A stretch of 64,000 nucleotides of DNA. Origin: Massalongia carnosa (Eukaryota). The stretch's first letter is position 1; each line of letters begins with the position of its first letter. A program made the translations under genes and the position numbers. Under the pieces are notes generated by a model, which saw only the letters and a list, made by a program, of their open reading frames with translations, searched no databases and was not told the origin of the DNA. Location of the stretch: the NCBI GenBank assembly GCA_965645245.1, contig OZ287086.1, forward strand, positions 930,001-994,000. Direction: 5' to 3'. Shown one piece after another: positions 1 through 12,500 of the stretch.

Positions 1-3000
1 TAACTCCAGTTTATACGAGACTTTCCCTATTTTTTTCTTAACTAGGAATGGTCCGATTTTTATGCGGAAGAGTTTTCTGTTTTTTCTTCATTCTATGTTT
101 CTGGTGTTTAGATATACTCTTTCTCCTTTTTCGATCTGTACATATTTTCTTTTTAGGTCTTCTTTTTCCTTCATTCTTCTAGCGATGAACTTTAGATCTT
201 CAGCCAAAGCTTCTTGGAGTTGGACCATATCCTCGACTCGTCCTACTGCATACGGGTTCTTGGAAGTGGCAGAGGAGAGATTCTCCATCTCCCTTCCGTA
301 GTTTGCGAAGTATGGTGAGTAACCCGTTGCGTCCGATTTGGTGTTGTTGTAGGTCATCATTGCTACTGGAAGTAGTTCTACCCAGTTGTCTTGTTTTTCG
401 TTGATGTACATTCGTTTGTATTGTTCTAGGGTTTGGTTTACCCTTTCTGTTTGTTCCTCTGTTTGTGGGTGGAATACTGTGGACATCCTTCTTTCTATTC
501 CCAGCATATCTGTTATTCCCTTCCACATTTTGGACGTGAATAATCGGTCTCTATCCGATATTATGCCCTTAGGGACTCCGTAATGTGATATTATTATCCG
601 TTGAAAGATTCTGTTGAACTGTTCTGTGGTCATTGCTTTATTGCATGGGACGAACTCTGCAAACTTTGTGAGTTTGTCTACTATTACCCAGATGGAGTCG
701 TAAGTTGTGCCTTCATCGTTCGCGCTTGGCGGGAAGTCTGTGATGAAATCTATTTATATGACTTCCCATGACCTGTTAGGTGTTCCTATGGGTTGCAGCA
801 GGCCATGTTGTTTTTCTCTGGTTTTTTTGTTCATCCTGCACGGTACGCATTCTTCCAGGGATTTCGTTATCATTGTCCTCATTCCTGAGAAGTAATGTTT
901 TCTTGATAGTAGTTCCCATGTCTTGTTTATGCCTGGGTATCCCATGTTTGGTGAGTCGTGGAATTTTTTGATGTATTCCTTTCTCAGACCTTTTGGTATA
1001 AAAATTCTGTTGCTTATCCATAAAATTCCGTCTTCAACCGTGTATCCATGTTCCTCTGGATCAGTCAGTAGGTTTTTCTCTTCTTCGTTGTATCCTTGTT
1101 TGATAATATCCTTCTCGTCGGTTTTTCCTTTCTGGTTCGCTGTATTACGCCAGTTCTAATCCGTTTTCTCTTTGAACAAAGTGTATCTTGGATTGTTTTT
1201 CTGGTAGTTCGTAATCTGACCTGCGGCTAAGTGCGTCCGCTCTTCCGTTGTCTTCTCCTTTGGTATACTTGATTTCGAAGTTATATTCTGATAACATTTC
1301 GGACCATTCTTGCTTGTCGCCTGGTCAATTCCTTGGATGTCGTAAAATGAATGAGGTTGTGATGATCACTGAAAACCGTAAATTTTTTGATCGTTCCTTC
1401 TAGGTATGGTCTCCATTCCTTGAAACAGTAAACAATAGCCAGTAGTTCCTTGTCGTGCACATTGTAGTTGGATTCTGCTGGTTGTAACTTCCTCGAGCAG
1501 TACGCCACAGGGTGACGTTGATCCTCATATACTTAAGTCAAACATCCCCCTATGGCCCCGTCTGATGCGTTTATCTCGACTATGCTTTCTCTTTGGGGAT
1601 CGTATGATCTGAGTATTGGTCCCGTGGTGAAGGCTTTCTTATAGTTCTCAAATGCTCTTTCGCATTCCTTTGTCCAATTCCAATTGACTTTCTTTTTTAG
1701 AAGCTCGAAGAGTGGCAAAATGATCTTAGAGTAGTTCTTTATCATTTTTTGATAAAATCCCGCTAGGCCGAGGAATGCTTGATCCTCTTTTACTTTTGTT
1801 GGCGTGGGCCATTCTTGCACCGCCTTAATTTTTTCTGGATCCATTTCGATACACCCTGGTGTGATAATAAATCCCAGGAATTTCACCTTCTTAACTGAGA
1901 ATGTACATTTCTTTATACTTAGTCTCAGGTTGTTCTCTTGCAGTTTCCCTAGAACTATTTCAACGTGTCGTTGATGTTCTTCAACTGTTTCGGAGTAGAT
2001 GAGAATGTCGTCCAGATATGCCATAATAAAGTCATCTAGGTATTCCTTAAGGATGTTGTTGATAACTGTCTGGAATGTCGCCGGTGCGTTTGCCAATCCG
2101 AATGGCATCACCTGATATTCGTACAGTCCTTCTCTTGTATTGAAGGCCGTTTTCCATTCTTCCCCCTTTTTCATTCTGATGTTGTGAAAGCCGTTCTTAA
2201 GGTCTAGTTTCGTAAAGATTTTTACTCGCACCAGTTTCATTCTCAGTTCCCTTATCAGCGGAAGTGGGTACCTATTCTTTATTGAGATATCGTCTAGCTT
2301 TCTGTAGTCGACGCAGAGTCTCAGCGATCCGTCTGGCTTGTCGGCAATTAAGATAGGATGTCCTGCGGGGGAGCTTGATTGTTTATGAAACCGTTTTCGA
2401 GGTTGTCTTTCAGGTAATCTTTAAGGACTAACTGTTCTCTTTCGGATAATTCGTATATACATCCTTTAGAGGGTTTCTTGCCTTCTTCTAATGGGATTCC
2501 GCAGTCCTATTCTTTAAGTTCAGGCAGCGCTGTGGGCCCGCGTTCGTCCATGAATACCTGGCGAAATCTCTCGTATTCTTGCGGTATAACCTCTATTGCC
2601 ACTAATTCGCATGGGTTCCACTGTACCCATACCGTTTTTCGGATCCACCTACCCTTACTCTGATCCGTGAAACGCATTCTTCCTAGTCTCCAGTCGATCC
2701 GTGGGTTGTGGTCGAACAGCCATGGTTGTCCTAAATAAATAGGTCGTAGTACCTCTGCTACTACGAGTGACCTCCTTTCTTTTCGTCCCGAGATGTCGAG
2801 TACTTGGGGCCGGGTCTCATGTGTTACCCATATGTTATCCGTTCCGTCTATGTTTCGGGCTCTGAAAGGGTTCTCTAGCTTTCCAATAGGGATGTTGTAT
2901 TTCCGGACGATCTTCTCCGAAATGACATCCCTCTATGCTCCGCAATCTACCACTGCTAGGAGGGTTTTGCCTGCGTAGGAAACATCCAAGATAATTCGCT

Positions 3001-3323
3001 TGTCTTGATTTTCTATTGCTGCGTTGGGGTGGTAGTTGAAGTGTCACGTATCCTACGTTAGTAGGTAGTCACGCTGTACAAGTTAAGGGAAGCTTGTAGT
3101 AGGCTAATGAACTAGTGACATGAATTAACTACGACCTTTCTAATTTGTACGTAGGAATTGATCTATTATATAGCCATGTCCCGTAGCGGGCGATCCTACC
3201 CAAGTGACCAAGACCTGGTCACTAAGGATCAAGTGGTTACTGATGACTAAGCAACGGTCTAGTCATCGCCCCAGTCATCCTATTGATGGGTCGCATCGCT
3301 TCCTGCCCATGGTATACGTAACA
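1..3323 (-). mobile_element. Degenerate Ty3/Gypsy LTR retrotransposon (5' LTR plus pol; runs off the window start)
   Basis: Minus-strand order is protease (LAVVDCGA, then a stop), RT (KLDLKNGF, MPFGLANAP, AYLDD), RNase H ([14 protein letters not shown]) and integrase (GYPGINKT, SDRD, HPQT..QTERVNQ). The frame is broken by stops and frameshifts. Confidence 0.93.
3042..3323 (-). repeat. 5' LTR of the left-hand Ty3 element
   Basis: TG...CA ends with imperfect inverted repeat tgtcacgta/tacgtaaca. Minus-strand TATA-like ctatataa near 3166-3173. Abuts the pol remnant. Confidence 0.8.
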
Positions 3324-3517
3324 GATATCCGGAGCCTGTGGTTTCAAGAAAGATAACTGAACAAGATAAAGAAACATATGCAAAAAATTGTTATGTTTTT
3401 AAACAGGCGGTAATGATAGAAAATTGCGAGAATTACGAGTTATACAGATTGAAGATTGAATCAAGCTCTTTTAACGAGAATGCGCGAAGAATGAATCGAA
3501 ACAGGAAAGTTGAAGAC

Positions 3518-3899
3518 TCTCACGGTTCAACCACATCCACCCAATGCCAATCGAAAGAAAGTACGGAATCTGCCGGCGCACTAACCGCTTCCGTTACTCA
3601 ACCCTTTTAGCAATCATAGGGGCAATCAACGGAGGTTCTGAAGGGACTGAAAGGAACGCATCGGAACGACCTTGTAAAGCAAACAGAAATGGATGAAAGG
3701 GACAAAGGAAAGAAAGGCTGTTTGACCAAACTGTTTACTTATTAATGAAGACACAAGCAGCTGGATCAGGCCAAGCGATTATCTATATAGACTCCTAGAG
3801 AGAGCACCCTTTGCTTGTTTCCTTTCTGCATCTTTGATATTTTCTAGTGCATAGCTTCCCAGTAGATAGTCAATTCCACATCCTGGTTGAACCGTCACA
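3518..3899. repeat. Solo LTR, family A, copy 1
   Basis: Ends t(c)tcacggttcaacc...ggttgaaccgtcaca. 5-bp TSD aagac on both sides. Homologous to 52102-52476, 53802-54182 and 54348-54728. Confidence 0.88.
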
Positions 3900-3917
3900 A
3901 AGACAATTAACTTGATC

Positions 3918-4325
3918 TACGCCGCGCAACGGGTTTGGGTCGGGTTTTCGGGTCGGGTTTTCGGGTCGGGTTGGACTCCCTCGAACCCGAACCGACGGGT
4001 TCGGGTTTATTATGCGGGTTTCCGGGTTAAACCGTTCAACCCGGACAGTTTTTTCTGCAAATTAAATATGAAAATTCGACTAAAATATAACGTTTAAAGT
4101 GATAAAATTTTTGCTTACTAATCATCATTTCTCGATTACTAATTTTCCGAAATTTTCAAAATTTTCAAAATTTTCAAATGTGTTTAAAACGTCTAAAAAA
4201 CACGTTAAAAATGACATAAAAAATGGACCGGGTCGAACGGGTCAAACGGGTTAATCCGGGAACGGTTCCCCAGCACACTAGGTTGAACCCTACAGGTTCC
4301 TCAACCCGACCCGTTGCGCGGCGTA
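3918..4325. mobile_element. Non-autonomous hAT-type MITE
   Basis: TIR tacgccgcgcaacggg/cccgttgcgcggcgta, perfect 8-bp TSD acttgatc, and many subterminal cgggt/acccg motifs. Confidence 0.9.
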
Positions 4326-4762
4326 ACTTGATCGAATGATTTATTGATGATCATAAAACGAATTACGTCATTACTAAAGTATTTATTTTATCATTACATA
4401 TTTCTGAAAAATGTGGCGTTCATAGTTAAAGTTAAGTAATTCTACTCGATTTATCCAAATTAAAGCGAAGACGTTTTTCTATGCCCGGTTTACGACGTAA
4501 TAACGTCTTTTGATTTGACACATTTTCGAGCGGTTGGTTGATTTACACCCGTTTGCAAAATGGTATGCCGAACTTTGAACCCCGAAACTGCGCGGTAAAA
4601 AAAAATATTAAGCGACAGAATTGGACCACACATCAGAATTTGGTGCAGTAGCTAATGGCCCTCCTCCCTTTCACACAACCTTTTGTAGTCTGTAGGATAA
4701 ATGATATGTAGTGTTTTCATGTAGATCTTTATTCTTGCTACCTCGTAGTTTCAAAAGCAAAC

Positions 4763-6111
4763 ATGGGACGATCATTCAGCATCATCAAACGCCAGGCTAT
4801 AAAGTTCAGACTGGAATCGGATAAAGATGCTACTAGTGTCAGCATTAGACAACTACGTAAGATGAGACATAATTGGGAACATTTCAGTGAGGTTGCAAAA
4901 CCTCAGCTTGCTACTGGCCGCCGCAAGAAAATGAATCAACAACAAATCGATCAACTCCTCGTGTATCTGGATCAGAGACATACCTCTTACTTGGACGAGA
5001 TGTACTGGTTTTTGTATGATGAATTCGACGTCTTGGTGAGCGAGTCTACAGTTTCTCGAACTCTTAAGCAGATGGCCTGGAATCGAAAGATGGCTATTCG
5101 TATAGCATAACAACGCAACCAATCTTTGCGTGATGAGAAGATGATTAGACTGGGAGGATGGAGGGCTGATCAGTTGATTTTTCTAGACGAAAGCGCTGCA
5201 TGCGAGCATACTGGTCAGTACTATTTGAAGAACTTCAGATTCTTTGCTAATTGTTATTACTTTAGGTGATCGTCGATATGGATGGGCCGCACCAGGAATC
5301 AAACCGACCATGGTTCAAGCGCTCAAACGTTCTAAGAGATAGAGTATATTACTAGCGTTCACCATCGACGGTTTCATAGTTTGGGAGGTGCATCATGGCT
5401 CTATAATATCAGATATTCTGAATGAATTCGTCAGGCTCAAGGTTTTACCATACTGCGCTGGAGGTAATGGTCCTAGTTCGGTTTTGATTATGGATAATGC
5501 CTCTATACATTGGAGTGAGGAATTGATGATCAAGTGTCAGGATGCATATGTTTTGCTAGTTCATTTGCCTCCGTAATCACCCGATTTTAATCCAATAGAG
5601 ACTTTATTCTCTATTTTTAAGGCCTGGATTAAACGTCACAGTAGTTTAATTGATTCATATGTAGAGGAATCTGGTGGATTTGGGAGATTTTTAGAAGATG
5701 CACTTTTTAGATGGTAAGGACTAACATCTAACATCCATCTAGTTATTAGATGGTAAGAACTGTTAGAGGGTAAGTGTTAGATGGTAAGAACTATTAGACT
5801 ACCATCATGGGCATCCGTCTAGTGCCTATCTTTGGTGACCCTACCACGGGGGCCGAAGTGACCTCTGGGGACCGAGAATCAGTGGACCAGCTGACTCCCT
5901 ATGAAAGGGGGTCGCCGGAAAGTCTTCAATGTGACTGCTATATATGTAATGAGTAGATAGCTCACATATAATCCACACCTTCAATGACAATCATGCTATT
6001 ATACCTATAAAGTGAAGCTATATTTTCATAGCACTACAGGCTATAAGTGAAGATGTTTCACATGATGCAGGTGCATTGTTTCGAAAGTCTAGTATTGGAT
6101 ATAACTCATAA
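4763..6111 (+). pseudogene. DD34E Tc1/IS630-like transposase pseudogene
   Basis: Motifs FLDES, IMDNASIH and SPDFNPIE (34 residues between D and E). Probable intron at about 5214-5265. In-frame stops. The C-terminus resumes after the 5705-6030 insertion (LEDAL/QAISED...). Confidence 0.88.
5705..6030. repeat. Old solo-LTR-like insertion in the transposase
   Basis: 5-bp TSD gcact, and removing the insert restores the transposase frame. Decayed ends. Internal ttagatggtaag repeats. Confidence 0.75.
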
Positions 6112-6126
6112 AAATCAATTTCCTCG

Positions 6127-6854
6127 TCAGCTACTGTCTTCCGTATCATCCTCCTCGTCCTCCTCATCCTCCTCATCCTCCTCGTCCTCCTCGTCCTCCT
6201 GATTGTCCTCCTCATCTTCCTCCCCCTCGTCCTCGTCAAGGTCCTCCTCCTTCTCCTCTCCCTCCTCCTCGTCATTCAAAGCCTTTTGTGTAGTCCTAGT
6301 AGCTAGCGGACGTACATTGAAGCTTGGCCGGAAATTCTTTGGCAAAAATGGACTGGAGGAATGTGATTCTGATGGAGGAGGAGGAACAATTATAGGTTCA
6401 GAATCGTGCTCGGATGATTGCTTTTTCAATTGTCTAGCAAATTTGCTGACATCGCGAGCCAAACGTATGCCGATGCCAGGTTCGATTCCCATTTTCTCCC
6501 ATTTTTCCTCATAAACAGTACCTTTCCACTGCTGAATGGTTTGTAAAACAAAACAGGCTCGGGCTCTGGCTCAGGCTCAGGTTCAGGAGCACTAGATAGC
6601 TCAGAAAGACAAGGAGAAGGCGTACTACTGCGAGTAGGACGAACATTCCTTGGCTCGGGGAGGAGGAGACGATGAGGAGGTAAAGGCGAAGCCGAAGGAG
6701 AAGCTGGAGGAGATGGTAAAGGTGGACGTGATGGAAGATCAGGAATACGGGCATTTAAAACTGGTGATGATGATCTAGGAGGATTGATTCTAAGCCTTTG
6801 TTTAAATGAAGGTGCTGAGTTCCTAGGTAATTCAGTAGTAGATGCCCGTTTCAT
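6127..6854 (-). pseudogene. Frameshifted second ORF inside the Tc1-like element (Pro/Ser-rich, short globular core, Asp/Glu tail)
   Basis: ORFs 6854-6426 and 6492-6127 overlap in different frames. Core EKWEKMGIEPGIGIRLARDVSKF is followed by a poly-D/E tract. Confidence 0.55.
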
Positions 6855-7344
6855 GATTGTTTGGAGGGCTGTTTGGGGGGCTGTTTTGAAGGCTGTTTAG
6901 GAGGCTGTTTTCGAGGCATGATGACTGGAATAACTACGTTGAAAGTTCATACAAACGACAATCAAAAGGATATCATTAACCATATTATCCTATAGACTGC
7001 AAAGGGCAGTGTAAAGGGGAGGAGGGCTATTAGCTACTGCACCAAATTCTGGTGTGTAGTCCAATTCTGTCGCTTATTATTATTTTTTTTACCGCGCAGT
7101 TTCGGGGTTCAAAGTTCGGCACACCATTTTGCAAACGGGTGTACTCGATTTCGGAAAAATTCATCGTTAAAATTCGAGCGTCTTGAATAAGCATTTTGTC
7201 TTTCTCGTTGTTTGCAATTTTCAAGTAGTAGTTAAAACTAGACACTTTGAAGAGTTTAAATAATCTAAAGTTTATGTTCTTGTACTTAGACGTCTAGTAA
7301 ACCTCGTTAGTGTTGTCGATAATAAGATATCTATGACTTTTCAC

Positions 7345-8006
7345 TCAACCGCATTTCACTGGATCTAAACTCGGGTCCTGTCGTACCTCTGCGGCGCCTT
7401 CCTCGCTTAGAAGACTGATCTCGTTGTCTTCCTCGTCTTCCTCGGATGAATGCACTACCAGCGTTCCGGTAAGTGGGGCGTCTCTACCGGCAGAGCAGTT
7501 TTCAATGTTTGCTTGCTGGATTTCTGCTCTATTCAAATAACCAACCAGCTGTGCAAACGGGAGCTCGACGAAAGCGTCCGTGACAGCGGAATCGCCAAAA
7601 AACGACCGATAAACGAAGTCTCGTAAGTTAAGAACAAGCGTCCCATCCCCCACGCTGCCGTCCCGAAGACGAAATGGCTGAGGGCATTGTAATCAGCCTG
7701 TCTGACCAAACTCTCCATATCGGGATTAAAGTCAGCTTACTGCATGAAAAGTCCGGTGAACCTTGTGCTTCAGTTCCCCACCCTCGTTGTGATTTAGTAA
7801 CTGCCAGGTGGATACGGAAGCAAGTATCGATGATGACCGATACCCGATATCAAAGCCTACAACCTGCCGGATGTTTCCGTCAGATCCGAACAGATAGTCT
7901 TCTGCGATTGCAGGAAGATCTTTCGACTTCTGGGAGTAGGCCACTTCGATCACGAGGCCTGGGTAAAAAGCCTCCTCATGTTGAAAGGTTTTGTCTGGTA
8001 GACGTG
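7345..8006 (-). pseudogene. 3' half of a restriction-endonuclease-like (Uma2/PD-(D/E)XK-type) gene, truncated by the Copia
   Basis: Motifs RLPDKTF...YPGLVIEVAYSQ...DL...DY..SDGNIRQVVGFDIGY. A GT-AG intron at 7740-7678 joins two ORFs in frame. The 5' side is replaced by the Copia LTR at 8007. Confidence 0.7.
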
Positions 8007-8538
8007 TGTTGCTAATTGACGAGGTTGTTGACATGACCTCATGCAACGTGCTTTTCGCCTCATCCGCCTCATCCGCCACGGCATTAAGTCTATGCCTAAT
8101 TGGGTAATCTTATCCTGAACTGTGCCGTTGCCCCTTGATTATCACAGTTGATTAGTATCAACGCCACATTCAATATCAAGCGCTTAGCTATGAAAGCTTA
8201 AGCAAGTATCATCGAGATACTTCTATGTGGCAATATGAGTCAGAGATTAAGCTGGACATTACCAATCACGGGTAATACGATGAGCTCGGAGGAGTCATTG
8301 CAAATAGGAGGAATTGAGGTAGTCTCAACTTCTATATAATAGCTGTATCTTCTCTCTGTAAATTAGCTAGTCAGTCATTACATAGTTTATCACTTCAAGC
8401 CTATTTCCAGTCTGTCTCTCACCTTGTTACTGCGTGGAGAGTCTTAGTGAAAGCTAGTTGATCATTCCAGAACCCAATCTAACCAACAGGTTATGAGCCC
8501 GGGACTTGCGTAACTGCTACCTGGTTTTTGCTAGCATC

Positions 8539-9549
8539 ATGGCTGATACTCAAGGAATAAACGACTCCGCTGCAGGAGAGCCAGCGACACCCCAAAGCAT
8601 CATCGAAAGGCCTGTTGATGGACAACTCGGGGGAGCTCCCAAACCACCAGATGGGATGTATAGGAAGGCCATTTTGAAAGGTGAGATAAAGATCACCAAG
8701 CTAAATTCGGATAACTATCAGAGCTGGGCGGACGGCATGGAGTTGCTACTGGGAGCAAAAATGCTGTGGCAAATTGTTAGCGGAGATATAACATGCCCCC
8801 ATTTAGCCACGCGACCTACCGATTACATGAACTGGAAGTTCTATGACGCTCAGGCAAAGGCCTGGATATACGTCAACCTCGACGACCCCCAGCACAACCA
8901 CGTTAAAGGACTGGCCACTTCGCACTCAATGTGGGAGGCCATGCGTAAGGTGCATGGTGCTCAAGGCTAGGGACGCCTTAATTTCCTATTGAGGAAGTTT
9001 TTCAACTATAAGGCGGGTGCTTCAGAGACCATTGACGAAGTTTCTAGCGAGCTTACCAGTTTACAATCAATGATTCGGGATATTAAGGCCACGGAGGCCC
9101 CGACAGACCTGAATCTTGCACTTGTACTAATCAACTCAGTCGACAACGAAGCCTATACCATGGCTAAATACCATCTGGAAGATATGCGTGAACTCTCCCT
9201 TGCGGACACTAAAGAATGACTCAAACTCGTTGAACAGTAGATCAAGGACGAAAACTCACAGGGAGGGGAGACCGCCAACAATGCCTCTGGGCGAGGCAGC
9301 AAAAGAAAATGCTATCACTGCGACAAACCTGGGCACATCAAGATAAAATGCTATAAATGGCTAGCCACGGATGAGGGTAAGGAGTACGCGAAGACTCACC
9401 CAAACGATGAGGCCAAGAAGGCTGATCTGGATCCTTCGGCTACACCTCAGCGAGGCCGCAGTAAGAAACCGGCCAGCAAGAAAAAAAGGACTAGCAATGC
9501 CCGTACTACCCAGGAAGATCGCGAGTCGGATGAATCGGAAGATGCATGG
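8539..9549 (+). pseudogene. gag: Copia gag (three in-frame stops, one frameshift)
   Basis: KLNSDNYQSW motif and CYHCDKPGHIKIKC zinc knuckle. Stops at about 8968, 9217 and 9238. Frameshift in the A-run near 9480. Confidence 0.85.
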
Positions 9550-12500
9550 ATGGTAAAGGAAGATGACCAAGATGACCAAGCCTGTATAGCTAGAAAAGGT
9601 CAAGATGAGTCACTTAACGCCTGGATAATAGACTCCGGGGCCAGCCGGCATATGACCCCCAATGGGAATATCTTCACCAGCAAACGGAGCATCAAGGCTG
9701 CCGTCACGGTTGCTAATGGAGAAAAATTACACGCAAAAGGCGTGGGAAACGTGAGTTTTGATATAGAAGGTCAGAACATTAGGATGACGGATGTTTTGCA
9801 TGTGCCTGAGTTGGATGTAAACTTACTGTCAATTTCAGCCCTGAATCGAAAAGGCCTCAGCGTCCTATTTAGGAAGGACGGAGTTGATATTCGGCAGGGA
9901 GATAACTTGGTTGCCAGCGGGATAATGCGAGGCAAGATTTATTTTCTGCGTTCGTCCCAGACGGCATTGCTCAGCAAAGACGCTGGAGTATTAGAAGATA
10001 TTTCGGATTTTTCAGAAATCGAAAACTTAGGTAATGCGGAGACGACAACTCCGAATACCATTGCTAGAAAGGATATTAACGAGATACCTGAGGGAAGCAA
10101 TGAGAAGCAGATCGCTAGGAAATTGGGCCTATACAAGCTTTGGCACGCTCGTATGGGGCACGTCAACCCGAAAAGACTTGGATCACTTTCCCAACATGTT
10201 ACAGGGATTGACCAGATTATTCATCCAAACCTCAAGAGCCTAAATTGCTCTGTTTGCAATTTTTCTAACATGACTAGGGTGGTCAATCGTGATACCCCAA
10301 GGCGTGTAGATCGTCGGCTAGGGAGGGTTCACACGGATGTTTGGGGACCATATCGGGAGGTCAGTATCGGGGGACACCGCTATTTCGTGTCCCTGATAGA
10401 CGACTTAACTAGGAGATCTTGGCTATTATGTATGAGGTCTCGAAGGGAGATCTATGAGAAGATCGGCGAATGGCAGACAGCAATAGGCCTCCAAATGGGG
10501 GAAAAGGTCGCCATCTATCGTTGTGATAATGCTAAAGAATATCAGAAGTTCGAAAGAATAATCCATGCTGACGGAGTTCGGATGGAGTATACAACGGCCT
10601 ACACACCTGAAGAGAATGGAGTGGCCGAGCGGTTTAATCGAAAAATTATTCAAATGACCAGGGCCATGTTGATATGGTCTGGATTGCCTCAAGGATTTTG
10701 GGGTGAGGCGGCTTGCACAGCAAATTACTTACGAAACCTTCTACCGGCGGGTCGGGATGACCTATCACCAATTGAGTTGTGGCATGGCCACAAACCTAAT
10801 ATCAGTCACATTCGAACGTTCGGATGCGTGGTGCACGTCCACATACCTAGTGAAAATAGGGCGAAGTTGGACAGAGTTTCGTTTCAGGGTATATTTGTTG
10901 GCTATCATTCAAGTCAACAGATGCGAATTTATAACCCGAAAACCAAGCGAGTGCAGTGGCACACATCGGTGAAATTTCTAGAAAATGTGCCGGGGGGGAA
11001 ATTGTTGCAAAATTTGGAGTCAACACCTATGGATAAGCTCCTAAGCTATGACGACGGCGACAACAAAATGATTGATCGCGGGGATCAAGACCCCGAACCA
11101 AGCTTCAATAGATCTATATCTAGCGACGGAGCAACTCAGGTCGAGAGAGATATCGACCAAAACCAACCTAGACCCGGAGATATTGCAAAACATAGAGATG
11201 ATGCATCCCCGGGACATGTTAATCAACCAGTGGGAGATGTGGATGATTCTACCTCAACTCCCAACCCTGGTAACAACTCAATCGGAGCAGACGTGCTTCT
11301 ACCTACACCAAATTCCGGTGCCTCCACGAGCACGAACACTTCTAATCCTTCAATGAGCAATCAGTCGATTCCGAAATCAAAAGGGAGGGAAGCGGCAAAT
11401 GAGCCAACTCGCCGTAGTACTCGATCAACTAGGAGCTACGACCGATATCGTTTCGATAACGAATCAGGTCGCAAAACCAATGATAGGCTACCAGACAGAA
11501 GACCGGAGCCATCAACCTACAACGAGGCCATTACATGCGAAGATCATCGACTATGGAAAATTGCCATTGGAAAACAGCTCAATTCGTTGATTGCAAACGG
11601 GACGTGGAAATTAGTCAACAGACCTTCCAGCGATGTGAATGTGATAATCTCCAAATGGGTATTCAAGGTTAAATACACATCCTCCGGCTTAGTCGATCGC
11701 TATAAGGCCTGTCTAGTAGCCAGAGGTTTCACCCAGGTGCATGGCATAGACTACGAAGAAACCTTCGCTCCGACTTTGAGGCTAGATTCACTGCGAATGC
11801 TATTAGCATTTGCTGCATATTTTGGTTTCGAAATCGAACAGATGAATGTGCCTGATGCATACCTAAAGGGAGAGCTTAACGAGGTCATTTATATGGAAGT
11901 TCCGCAGGGCTACGAGCTTCCCACACGACAACAGGATCATATTTTGCACTTGTTGAGGCCCTTATATGGGTTAAAACAGTCAGGTCGGGAGTGGAACGTA
12001 AAAGCTAAAAAACATCTGAAGTCAATTGGTTTCAACCCTATTAGCTCGGATAATTGCGTTTTCGTCAACACCTCTACCCGTGTAATCATTGCATTATACG
12101 TGGATGACATTCTCATCTTCGCAAAATCACTGACCACTATCAACGCCGTAAAGGCTGAACTGCATAAGGAGTATAAAATGAAGGATATTGGTAAGGCAGC
12201 ATTTATATTGGGCATCCGCATCAGACGTGATGTGAAAGGAAAAGTACTGGCCCTTGACCAGTCAACTTACATTAGGAAGTTGCTCCGCGATTTTAACATG
12301 GAGAACTCCCATTCAGTCTCTACCCCCATCGACGGTTATCATGCCCTCACACCCTCAGGACCTTCGGATGAACGAACAAATCAAACCGAATATCAAAAGA
12401 GAATCGGTAGCCTCATGTATGCTATGGTTGGTACGAGGCCAGATATTGCCTTTGCAGTTTGCAAACTTAGCCAATTTTGTCAAGACCCATGTGTCAGGCA

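Larger units (their letters stand above)
4546..7141 (+). mobile_element. Tc1/IS630-like DNA transposon with ~125-bp TIRs carrying a second ORF
   Basis: TIRs cacccgtttgcaaaatggt... and ...accattttgcaaacgggtg, with TA on both sides. Transposase and a convergent ORF lie inside. Confidence 0.9.

Noticed and set aside
7732..8079. ORF-track protein starting MADEADEAK
   Set aside because: The first ~24 codons are antisense Copia LTR. Only the part below 8007 belongs to the nuclease-like gene.
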